DNA from: Deltaproteobacteria bacterium
GTDB lineage: Bacteria > Desulfobacterota_D > UBA1144 > Nemesobacterales > CSP1-2
DNA: 64,000 bases
NCBI GenBank assembly: GCA_052390235.1
Contig: JBQTHB010000005.1
Span: 1-64,000, forward strand
Reading direction: 5' to 3'
Part shown: one piece after another, positions 48,801-57,188 of the stretch
How positions within the stretch are numbered: the stretch's first letter is position 1
Layout of the letters: every line of letters starts with the position of its first letter
Program-made: the position numbers and the translations under genes
The notes under the pieces: generated by a model
The model's database searches: none
What the model was told of the DNA's origin: nothing
Seen by the model: the letters and a program-made list of their open reading frames with translations, nothing else

Positions 48801-50471
48801 ATGAGTAGATATAAATTGCTCGGCTCGGCTCTAGCGATTTTATTCGTCGCTTCAGTCAGCATATCAACGCTGTGGACTGCGTCGCCCGCGAACGCCGCAG
48901 ACCACAGAGAGGCTCCAGTTATAAACTTTGAGCCGGCTTTAGACATTAACGATACATACGCATTTTTAAGCCCCGACGGGCAGAGACTCGTGCTAGCAAG
49001 CACTCTTAACCCGTTTTCAGTGCCTGCCGTAACCTCGACTTACGGCTTCAATAGACAGGCGCTCTATCAGTTTAAAATTGACAACAGCGGAGACGGCGTA
49101 GAGGACTTCGTAGTGCAGTGCGTTTTCAGCGGCGGCGCCGGGGCGTTTAACCAAACCGTGAGCTGTTACGGTCCTACCCCCCCCCCCACGACAGGGGCTA
49201 TAAACCAGCTTCTCTCCGGCTCTCCGACGGCTCAGGGACCTGTGAATCAAATCATTAACGGCTCGAACGGGGTTCAGGTATTCGCGGGACTGCGGGATGA
49301 CCCGTTTGTTACAGACGCCTCACAGCTCGTCTCCAATATCCTAGGCTCAAGCAGCGCCCCAATTACCTCGGACGTTACCCGTGAATTCACCTCGCCGGCA
49401 CTTGGGTTTCTGCGCGGACGCCCAATTAGAGAGGACGGCAGAAGCGGCGTGGACACCTTCGGCGGATTCAATACAAGCACGATTATCGTATCATTCCCGA
49501 AGAATTTAGTGCGCGGTCCCGGATTTTTCGGTATTCCCGGGCTACTAGGGTTTTGGGGTACGGCAAGCAGGTCAATTCCCAACACGGCGAATTTCGTTCA
49601 AGTTGAGAGATTCGGACAGCAACTCGTTGCCACGGTTTTCGTCCCAAGCGCCATGAGAGATACATTCAACGCGGCAATACCGCAGAATGACATGGCGGCT
49701 TTTTCAAATTTAATTCCTGACGCGCTGACCACGACCGACAGCGACGGCACGGGCAACACCATCGCTGGCAGAGCGGCTCTGCTCGACGCCATAGGGGTTA
49801 CGGCTCTTCCCAACGGCGCGCCCCTACTCCTGCCCCCTTCGTTTAACAACACAAACCCGAACCTTCTGAGGATTGCCCTGCTTCCAGATGTGGGAAGGCT
49901 CGACTTAGACCGCGCCCCAGAGGATTTTGCCATTGGAGCGTTTGGGCTTCAGAACGGGCGCATCCCTCAGTTTGATGTTACGGACGTATTGCTGAGGCTT
50001 GCCAGACAGCTTGCCGATGTCAAATTTCCGGACGGCGCTGGAGTTCCGGGGAGCGGCCCGCTTGGAACTAGGGCGGCTCTGAACTGCTCAGATTTGGCTA
50101 CGTTCCCGCAGTGTACGGATAGGAGAGTGTTAGCCGTGCTTCAGGGGACGGATTTTATTGAAGCCGACGATAGAGTGGCAGACGTATCCAATAGCGGGAA
50201 TGACGCGGAGTTTCCGAGCGTTACAGGCGGAACAACGGCTCTATTTACCGAGACTGTGTTTCCGTTCTTCGGAGCGCCGAACCCGATACCGGGAGCGCCG
50301 GGAACGAGAAATTTCGCCCTCCAGACAAACGACGTGTTTGACGTTTTCATCAGCGATGGTGACGGATGCTCGCTTGCCGCATCGGGAAAGGGAAACATGA
50401 GCGGCGTGGCTTTGATGTTGCTCGCGCCGGTGGTCTATGTGTTTGTGAGAAGGCTTAGGAAAAAAAGCTGA
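48801..50471 (+). CDS. DUF4331-family exported protein, copy 2, with Cys-containing C-terminal sorting signal
   Basis: Same motifs as copy 1 (ADHREAP, VFAGLRDDPF, NGR); tail DGDGCSL...TM...RRLRKKS. Confidence 0.85.
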   Translation: MSRYKLLGSALAILFVASVSISTLWTASPANAADHREAPVINFEPALDINDTYAFLSPDGQRLVLASTLNPFSVPAVTSTYGFNRQALYQFKIDNSGDGVEDFVVQCVFSGGAGAFNQTVSCYGPTPPPTTGAINQLLSGSPTAQGPVNQIINGSNGVQVFAGLRDDPFVTDASQLVSNILGSSSAPITSDVTREFTSPALGFLRGRPIREDGRSGVDTFGGFNTSTIIVSFPKNLVRGPGFFGIPGLLGFWGTASRSIPNTANFVQVERFGQQLVATVFVPSAMRDTFNAAIPQNDMAAFSNLIPDALTTTDSDGTGNTIAGRAALLDAIGVTALPNGAPLLLPPSFNNTNPNLLRIALLPDVGRLDLDRAPEDFAIGAFGLQNGRIPQFDVTDVLLRLARQLADVKFPDGAGVPGSGPLGTRAALNCSDLATFPQCTDRRVLAVLQGTDFIEADDRVADVSNSGNDAEFPSVTGGTTALFTETVFPFFGAPNPIPGAPGTRNFALQTNDVFDVFISDGDGCSLAASGKGNMSGVALMLLAPVVYVFVRRLRKKS

Positions 50472-50507
50472 CCTTAGAAATTGACGAATAACTGAACCTC
50501 CTTCGGT

Positions 50508-50545
50508 GGGGGGGTATGGCGTTTCAGTCATTCCCCCCTTTTTTT
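50508..50545 (+). terminator. Intrinsic terminator after DUF4331 copy 2
   Basis: GGGGGGGTATGGC-GTTTCA-GTCATTCCCCCC followed by T7. Confidence 0.65.
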
Positions 50546-50630
50546 ATTGTAACAATCCCCTCAGTACCCGATATTTCATCGCGCGAAATGGTATAATTTT
50601 CATAATCCATCCAATACAGGTCATGAGTAA

Positions 50631-51947
50631 TTGAAAAAACTAATCCTCGCCTCAGCCGTTCTTTGCGCCGCATTTACAATTGCCTGCTCCGAGTCCCCGT
50701 CTAAGAAGGAGGGCAACATCGAGACGAAATCCGATATTTCAGCCCCGAAAACTGAGGAGACGAATATCGAGACGGACACTATTATTAAATTTTATCTGAA
50801 CAGGATAAAAGTTGACCCAAACGACTACTTTAACTACAACAAACTCGGCGAAGTGTATATCCAAAAAGCCAGAGAAACCGGAGATATATCCTACTACGAC
50901 ACCGCCGAGGCTTCGTTTAAAGAGGCTCTCGCGCTCTTTCCCGACAACTACTTTGCAAACGTCTATTTGGGGCAAATCAAAATATCCAAGCACGATTTCG
51001 CCGCCGCCCTCCCATTTGCCCGAAAATCCATAGAGTTAAAGCCTGAAGATAGCTACGGATACGGGATTCTGGGGGACGTTCATATTAACCTTGGGCAGTA
51101 CGGCGAGGCTAAGGCGGCTTATGAGAAAATGGCGAGCATCCAGCAGAACTACAATTCGCTGATACGGCTCTCGCATATAAATGAGCTGTACGGCAGGGCG
51201 GATGAAGCCGTCCGATACATGAGCCAAGCCGCAGAACAAGGGGCAATACAGGCTCTCACAAGAGAATACAGGGCGTGGGTGGAGTACGCGCTCGGGGAGC
51301 TTTATTTCAACTCAGGGCGGCTTAAAGAGGCCGAAGAGCGGTATAAATCCTCTCTGGCGATACAGCAGAGATATCATTACGCCCTCTCGGGGCTTGCCAA
51401 AGTGAGAGCCACCGAGGGAAATTACACAGAGGCTATTGAGCTATATAAAGAGGCAATTGATGTCGTGCCGCTCCCCCTGTTTGCCGCCTCGCTGGGAGAT
51501 GTGTATAAAAAATCCGGCAATGCGAACGAGGCGCAAAAGCAATATGACCTCGTCGAGTACATCGGGCTTCTGAGCAAAGTCAATGAGGTTCTCTACAACA
51601 GGGAGCTTGCCCTCTTTTACGCCGACCACGACATAAAACTGGATGAGGCGCTAAGCCTTGCCGAGAGGGAACTGGAAGCGAGACGGGACATCTACACCTA
51701 CGACACGCTGGCTTGGGTTTTGTACAAAAATGGCAAATTCAAAGAAGCCCTCTCGCACTCTAACGAAGCGCTGAAATTGGGCACTAAAGACGCCTCGCTG
51801 TATTTCCACGCCGGCATGATAAATCTGAGGCTCGGCAACGCGGCTGGAGCGCAGGAGCTTCTCAAGCGCGCCCTTGCCATTAATCCCCACTTTCATATCA
51901 TCCACTCGGAAGAGGCAAAGAACGCCCTAAGAGAACTTAGCAAATGA
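50631..51947 (+). CDS. Tetratricopeptide-repeat lipoprotein
   Basis: TTG start; lipobox TIAC; many TPR units (LG..Y...G...EA...Y..A...P); DTLAWVLYKNG. Confidence 0.88.
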   Translation: MKKLILASAVLCAAFTIACSESPSKKEGNIETKSDISAPKTEETNIETDTIIKFYLNRIKVDPNDYFNYNKLGEVYIQKARETGDISYYDTAEASFKEALALFPDNYFANVYLGQIKISKHDFAAALPFARKSIELKPEDSYGYGILGDVHINLGQYGEAKAAYEKMASIQQNYNSLIRLSHINELYGRADEAVRYMSQAAEQGAIQALTREYRAWVEYALGELYFNSGRLKEAEERYKSSLAIQQRYHYALSGLAKVRATEGNYTEAIELYKEAIDVVPLPLFAASLGDVYKKSGNANEAQKQYDLVEYIGLLSKVNEVLYNRELALFYADHDIKLDEALSLAERELEARRDIYTYDTLAWVLYKNGKFKEALSHSNEALKLGTKDASLYFHAGMINLRLGNAAGAQELLKRALAINPHFHIIHSEEAKNALRELSK

Positions 51948-51992
51948 AGGATGCGCCTCCCCAGCCTCTCACGATTTCCCGCCCCGCCCGAC

Positions 51993-53657
51993 CTATTTGC
52001 GTCTGAGTAAATCCTTAATGGACTTGTCCCCTTCGATGCCGGCAAGCTCAGGGTCTCGTTTGTGATATATATGGCAGAGGCCGCAGTCAGTTTTCGCCAG
52101 AGCGTTGGTTTTAACGTTCGGATTATCGGCGTGGCAGGACTGGCAGGTCTGAATCGAGGGCATAATAACGTCCGTCGTCTCTTCGCTTGACCTAGCTTCG
52201 GCATGGCAAGAATCGCAGGTAAGCCCAAGGGTCTCGGAGTGCAGGGAGTGGTTAAAGACGCTGTGCGGAAGCCACCTTACCGGAATATTCGGCTCGACTA
52301 GCTGAGGCGTATTCGGCTCGGATTCGTCTATTGTGTGGCACTCGCGGCACTTTTTCATGACAAATAGGAGCTTCTCAGACTCCTCAACCCTCTGCGACAC
52401 CCACTTGGCGGGACCCTTGGTTACGTCTCCGCCCAATCCGAGCCTGCCCAGATTATTTATCGCGTACTCGGAATACGCCTTCCTCACGAAATCCCGCACC
52501 ACGTCCATAGTCTCATGAGGGGCGGCGAGCTTTCCGAAGCGCGGGTCAAATTCGAGCGTGTGGCATCTCTTGCAGTCTCTTTCATATTCTATCGCAAGGA
52601 CGTATTTCCCCTGCGCGTCCATCTGATGACAGCTCTCGCACCGGAGGGTTTCCGGGCCATCCGGGCCTCTTAAATCCGCCTCAAGATGGAGCTTGTGGTT
52701 GAGCTTAATCGGAGTGGTGTCAACGACGCCCTCTTCGTTTAGCCTCACTCTGACCATCTTTTTCTCGTCCTCGGGGGAATTCGTATCCCTGATGGGGCGC
52801 ACCATAACGGCAAACTCAGGATGTCCCTTGGTGAAGGCATCAATCTGAGTCGCATAAGTCGTGGACGGGGTATCGCCCTCGACCTCAAGCTCGGCATGGC
52901 ACTCAGTGCAGGAGGTATTGGTAATTTTAGATAATAGCGCCTCCCGCTGATGCTCAAAATGGCACTCGACGCAGTTTGGCGTGTAAGGCTCGTTCTGATT
53001 ATGCGCAAGAGTGGCGCTGTGGCAGTCCATACAACTCTCGTCGGGAACTATGTCCCATGCGACGGTATGGCATCTGGCGCAGTCGTTATTAAACTGGCTA
53101 TGAGCGTCGGAGACCTTCCCCGGCGAATACGGGGCTTTATCCTCCCCGAAAGTCCACATTCCAATCCACGCGCTGATAAGGACAATGCAAAGAACGCTGA
53201 GCTTGGATTTAGTGAAAAGCCCCTCGGAAATCCTAAATTTAGAGACGTAGCGGATTTTTTCTTCTTTTTTCTTTTTGGACGGCTCTCCCTTGTCGGCTTG
53301 CTCCTCGTCGGTGTGGGTAATTAATAAGCCGGCTGGGTTTTCGGGCGAGGCGGGCAGGGAAAATTCAATTATATAGGAAGATATTTTTATCTTATCTCTA
53401 TCCGAGAGCTGACCGCGGCCCGAGAGTGGCTTTTCATTCACATAAGCCCCGTCGTCCCCCAAGATGTTTAACCAATAGACGCCGTCCGAGGCTCTCTCAA
53501 TAAAGGCGTGCTTCGTAGCCACTCCCGGAGCGTCGAGCTGTATCTCGTTACCCGCTCCCGTTCCGATGTTGACCCTAGTTCCCGCCACCTGAGACCTGCG
53601 AGTCTCCTCCGCCGCCGCCTCGCTGATATAGCGCTTTATTATGATGTTAAATGACAT
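51993..53657 (-). CDS. FHA-like domain, TM helix and periplasmic decaheme c-type cytochrome
   Basis: N-terminal IG....EIQL....V...HA.I....G.YVN FHA pattern; TM LSVLCIVLISAWIGMWTF. Ten CXXCH: CARCH, CMDCH, CVECH, CTECH, CESCH, CKRCH, CRECH, CDSCH, CQSCH, CGLCH. Start placed at ATG 53657 (GGAG upstream). Confidence 0.9.
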   Translation of the reverse strand: MSFNIIIKRYISEAAAEETRRSQVAGTRVNIGTGAGNEIQLDAPGVATKHAFIERASDGVYWLNILGDDGAYVNEKPLSGRGQLSDRDKIKISSYIIEFSLPASPENPAGLLITHTDEEQADKGEPSKKKKEEKIRYVSKFRISEGLFTKSKLSVLCIVLISAWIGMWTFGEDKAPYSPGKVSDAHSQFNNDCARCHTVAWDIVPDESCMDCHSATLAHNQNEPYTPNCVECHFEHQREALLSKITNTSCTECHAELEVEGDTPSTTYATQIDAFTKGHPEFAVMVRPIRDTNSPEDEKKMVRVRLNEEGVVDTTPIKLNHKLHLEADLRGPDGPETLRCESCHQMDAQGKYVLAIEYERDCKRCHTLEFDPRFGKLAAPHETMDVVRDFVRKAYSEYAINNLGRLGLGGDVTKGPAKWVSQRVEESEKLLFVMKKCRECHTIDESEPNTPQLVEPNIPVRWLPHSVFNHSLHSETLGLTCDSCHAEARSSEETTDVIMPSIQTCQSCHADNPNVKTNALAKTDCGLCHIYHKRDPELAGIEGDKSIKDLLRRK

Positions 53658-53773
53658 GGCACTCTCGCTCTCCGAAGGGGTATTTAGCAACAAACGAGAC
53701 ATCACAGGGGGAAGTATTTAGCCCCCAAGCCGCCCGACGAAAATCACTCTCTCTTCTAACCAGACAAACACGC

Positions 53774-54643
53774 TTAATCGGGTAAAAACATCCTATAGCT
53801 ATTGTAGTAGAGCATGGAAACAATATGCGCCGTAAGGGCTATTAACATCGCAAACGAAACCGGCAGATGAATGTGAAGCCACGCCTCAAGCAGGTTTTTA
53901 ATCCGCATCTGCGACACAAAACGCTTCTGAAGCTCGGCTTTTTGGAGATATGCCACGGCGAGGCGCTGATAGTCCTCCCTCTCGGCTTCAGGAATAGAGG
54001 TTAAGTCCTTCTGGAGCCGATTCATGTACTCGGATTCCGATATTCCGCTTTTGTATGAGCCGAAGACAAGCCCCCAGCCTGAGCGCCCCTTGGGTAGCCC
54101 GTAGGATATTGCCTCCTCGGCTTTTTGGGCGAAGAGCGCGGATTTACCCTTTGCCAGTGCCCTCATCTGCCCGATGAGCTTGTTGATTTCATCGTCGAAT
54201 TTATCATATAAAAGCTCGCCCCCCTGCTTGGTGAATCTTATCGGGAAATTGACATAGAAATAGCCGCCGAAAATCCCGCTTATGACCACCACAGCCATCA
54301 ATGCAAATGCGAGCGTGTGAACATTTAAATCAAACTTGAACCCCGCGTGCATCGGAACAATCAGCAGGGTCAAAACCCCGATATAGATATGAAAGCTGAG
54401 CCACCCTTTGAGAGTTCCCACGTTTCCCACGTATTTGCGCTTTCTAATGCCGTAGTACATGAGGAGCAGTATCGCCGCCAGCCCCAGAATCCCGTACAGC
54501 AGTCCCATTGGCGTCGCCCCACTGGGGTTCGGCTCGTTTTGAGCGTACACAATGTAGGAGACAATTAGGACGATGAAGCTCAGAAACGTAATTTTAAACC
54601 AGAAGCTCCCATTATAGTTCAGTATATTTTCGTTTTCTCTCAT
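53774..54643 (-). CDS. Membrane protein, putative di-heme cytochrome b (ferric-reductase-like)
   Basis: About five TM helices; two carry H-x13-H (WLSFHIYIGVLTLLIVPMH; HIHLPVSFAMLIALTAH). Confidence 0.75.
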   Translation of the reverse strand: MRENENILNYNGSFWFKITFLSFIVLIVSYIVYAQNEPNPSGATPMGLLYGILGLAAILLLMYYGIRKRKYVGNVGTLKGWLSFHIYIGVLTLLIVPMHAGFKFDLNVHTLAFALMAVVVISGIFGGYFYVNFPIRFTKQGGELLYDKFDDEINKLIGQMRALAKGKSALFAQKAEEAISYGLPKGRSGWGLVFGSYKSGISESEYMNRLQKDLTSIPEAEREDYQRLAVAYLQKAELQKRFVSQMRIKNLLEAWLHIHLPVSFAMLIALTAHIVSMLYYNSYRMFLPD

Positions 54644-54671
54644 CGTGGCGTCTCTCTAGGAACTTGGGAAT

Positions 54672-57080
54672 TTAGCTGAACTCTACTTTTTTGAAATAAT
54701 CCGGCTTCACTCTAACCGCCGCGCTCGTAGGACAATTTCTAACGCACGCCGGGCCCCCGTCAACCGTGTGGCAGAGATCGCATTTTACGGCAAGCCCCTT
54801 TTTTATTTTAGCCGCATGAGGCGCTTTTTTGCCCACGAGCGAGCCTAGCGCTCCGACCGCCCCCTGCCATACGGACTTCATCAGCGTGGGCTTGTTCGTA
54901 ACTGAAATCATAAAAATCACGCCGTAGGGACAGAAACGCGAGCAATTTCCGCATCCAATGCACTTATCCTCGTCAATAGCCACAACCCCGTCCGCCCCGC
55001 GCACGATGGCGTCTCCCGGAGGGCAGTCCTGAAGACACGGAGCGCCTTCGCAGTGCCGGCAGGCAATTGGAACGTGAATGTTGCCGAAGCTCGGGCCGGG
55101 ACGCCTGTCGAGCCTCGTATGCCCGCCGTGAGTCCCCTCGCAAGCCTTAACGCAGTTATCGCATCTAATGCACTTAGACTCGTCAATTATAAGCACATCG
55201 GTGCTTTCAACCACGCCGTATTTGATAAAATCAGCCATCACTCCCGTATCGCCCGCGCTATGGGGGGACTGTAATATGGCGGATGTTTCAACCTTGCGCC
55301 TTCCCATCTCGGCTCTAACTCTGGATTCAAGCTGAGGGTGCTTTTGCATAAGCGCCTTAAAATCGGAGCTTAAAATGCGAATAGCCTCGGATTTGGTAGC
55401 CGCCGAAACGGTTGCCGTTCTAACGTGGTCTTCGCTGAGGAGGGCCGCCTCGCCGAAATAATTGCCCGTTGAAATATAGGTTATAACGTAGTCGCTTCCG
55501 TCTTTCGCCTTCTTGCTGATTTTCGCAGAGCCGAGCCGGATGACGTAAAAAGAGTCGGACACCTCTGCCTCTTTGCAGATAACGTCCCCCTTTTTATAGG
55601 CCACGACCTCGAGCTTAGGGGCTATGGTTTGAAATTCTTCGGCGCTTATGCTTATCGAAAGCGTTGATTGCAGGGTTCTGAGGATGAAAGCCTCGTCAAT
55701 TATCCTCTTTACCGACTGCTCGGAGTTTATGAGTTTCAGCATTCTCCTGCGCGGGGTTTCAATTAAAATTGAATGCTCAGATGCCTTAACCGTAGCCGAG
55801 TTGCGGCGGTCGGCAAGGAGCCCCATCTCGCCGAAGAACTCGCCCTGCTTAATGAATATATCCCTCTCCGAGCCGCCTTTGGGAACGACCTGTACGCCTC
55901 CGGTTACGATGCTAAAGAAGTTGGTGGAATAATCGCCTTGTTTTAGAATAAGCTGGTCTTTTCTCGCCTGCGTAACGTCGGACTGAGTCATAAGCTCCCT
56001 GAGGAGCTGTCTCTGAATGCCGGTAAACATCGGCACTCTGGCGGTTATGTAGTCGAGCTTTTCGTTGACCGATGCGCCGGGAATTAAGGCGAGTTTCTCT
56101 TTAAGCAGGGACTCGTCTATCGGCTCTACGGATTTCCCGGCGATGCTCTCTATAACTTCATACCCCTCGTTCATTGCGGTTTTGATGAGGTCTCGCCCGC
56201 CCGTCGCCCCTATGATATAAAGCCCCGGCACGTTGGTTTCGTACTTGTCGCTGATGATTGGCAGAGCGGTTACGTCCTTGGAACTGAAGGCGACGCCGCA
56301 GGATTCAAGAAATTTCCTTGGCACTTCGGCTCCGATTTTTAGGATGACAATATCGCTTTTAATGCGCACTTCTCTGTCGGGGAGGGTTATCGTAGTTGCA
56401 TCTGCTTCAAACAGCTCGACGGTTGCGCTGAGGTATGCGGAAAGCTGTTTTGAGTCTATTTTTTCTCTTATCTTTCCGAGCAGGTCGGAGTTCATATAGA
56501 AAAAATCCGCCCCTTTCTCGACAATTGACACCTTGTTGTTATCCACAAGCGCAAGGACTACCTCCGCCGCGCTGTCGCCCCCGCCTACAACAACCACATG
56601 GCGGTCAGAATAAGCGGTCGGGTCAACCAAACGGTCTGATATGTGCGGGGAGTCTTCGCCGGGGGCGCCTACTTTTCTCGGATTGCCGAGCTTGCCTATG
56701 GCGAGAACGACTCTTTTAGCCTGATACACTCCTGAGGAGGTTTTTACCTCGAACAGGTCTCCTTTTTTTGCTACTGCCGATACGGATTCTTTAGTCTTGA
56801 TTTTTAGGCTGTTCTTGGATGTGTAGCCGTTCCAGACGTCGAGTATCTCTTCGCGGCTCCCCGCTTGGAAGGAAACGTCGCTCCTAAGCGGTATGGACTG
56901 GGGCTGAGCCATGACAAATTTCCCGTTCTGATAGTAGTAGTCCAGGGTATTGGCGACAGCGCCCTTTTCAAGCGCGATGTATTTTAATTTATTCGCCTCA
57001 GCCCTAGCGGCGGCGCTAATCCCTGCCGGTCCCGCCCCAACGATAATAACGTCAAATATGTCGCCGCCCGCGCTACCCAT
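54672..57080 (-). CDS. FAD/NAD(P)H oxidoreductase (TrxB/YpdA-like fold) fused to two cNMP-binding domains and a 4x[4Fe-4S] ferredoxin domain
   Basis: FAD/NAD(P): IVGAGPAG, VVGGGDSA, ETNVPGLYIIG. cNMP: GEFFGEMGLL...SATV and GNYFGEAALL...RTATV. Fe-S: CIRCDNCVKAC, CRHCEGAPCLQDCP, CIGCGNCSRFCP, KCDLC...PACVRNCP. Confidence 0.9.
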   Translation of the reverse strand: MGSAGGDIFDVIIVGAGPAGISAAARAEANKLKYIALEKGAVANTLDYYYQNGKFVMAQPQSIPLRSDVSFQAGSREEILDVWNGYTSKNSLKIKTKESVSAVAKKGDLFEVKTSSGVYQAKRVVLAIGKLGNPRKVGAPGEDSPHISDRLVDPTAYSDRHVVVVGGGDSAAEVVLALVDNNKVSIVEKGADFFYMNSDLLGKIREKIDSKQLSAYLSATVELFEADATTITLPDREVRIKSDIVILKIGAEVPRKFLESCGVAFSSKDVTALPIISDKYETNVPGLYIIGATGGRDLIKTAMNEGYEVIESIAGKSVEPIDESLLKEKLALIPGASVNEKLDYITARVPMFTGIQRQLLRELMTQSDVTQARKDQLILKQGDYSTNFFSIVTGGVQVVPKGGSERDIFIKQGEFFGEMGLLADRRNSATVKASEHSILIETPRRRMLKLINSEQSVKRIIDEAFILRTLQSTLSISISAEEFQTIAPKLEVVAYKKGDVICKEAEVSDSFYVIRLGSAKISKKAKDGSDYVITYISTGNYFGEAALLSEDHVRTATVSAATKSEAIRILSSDFKALMQKHPQLESRVRAEMGRRKVETSAILQSPHSAGDTGVMADFIKYGVVESTDVLIIDESKCIRCDNCVKACEGTHGGHTRLDRRPGPSFGNIHVPIACRHCEGAPCLQDCPPGDAIVRGADGVVAIDEDKCIGCGNCSRFCPYGVIFMISVTNKPTLMKSVWQGAVGALGSLVGKKAPHAAKIKKGLAVKCDLCHTVDGGPACVRNCPTSAAVRVKPDYFKKVEFS

Positions 57081-57108
57081 CGTGATAACCCCCGAAATGA
57101 ATAGAAAA

Positions 57109-57136
57109 GTTTACCAATTGGAAACAGATTGTATCA
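57109..57136 (-). promoter_or_regulatory. Extended -10 element and adjacent palindrome upstream of the oxidoreductase arm
   Basis: Minus strand TGATACAAT followed by GTTTCCAATTGGTAAAC (CCAATTGG core) over the expected start site. Confidence 0.35.
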
Positions 57137-57188
57137 CACGAGAATTCAAAAATCTACACGCCGGAGCGGCGGCAAAACCTAACGATTA

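Larger units (their letters stand above)
46976..50466 (+). repeat. Imperfect ~1.7 kb tandem duplication (46976-48659 vs 48786-50466, period 1810 nt)
   Basis: Identical SD and 5' coding sequence (AGGAGGGAAACACCAATGAGTAGATATAAATTG...). Long near-identical blocks alternate with divergent patches. Confidence 0.95.

Noticed and set aside
46991..50471. DUF4331 duplication as a diversity-generating retroelement (TR/VR) or an assembly artefact
   Set aside because: Differences are not adenine-specific and include indels; no reverse transcriptase is present; both copies are intact genes with distinct flanks and terminators.
54765..54790. KCDLCH in the 802-aa protein as a heme c site
   Set aside because: It is part of the fourth [4Fe-4S] motif (KCDLC...PAC...CP) in a protein with no export signal, so it is not counted as heme.
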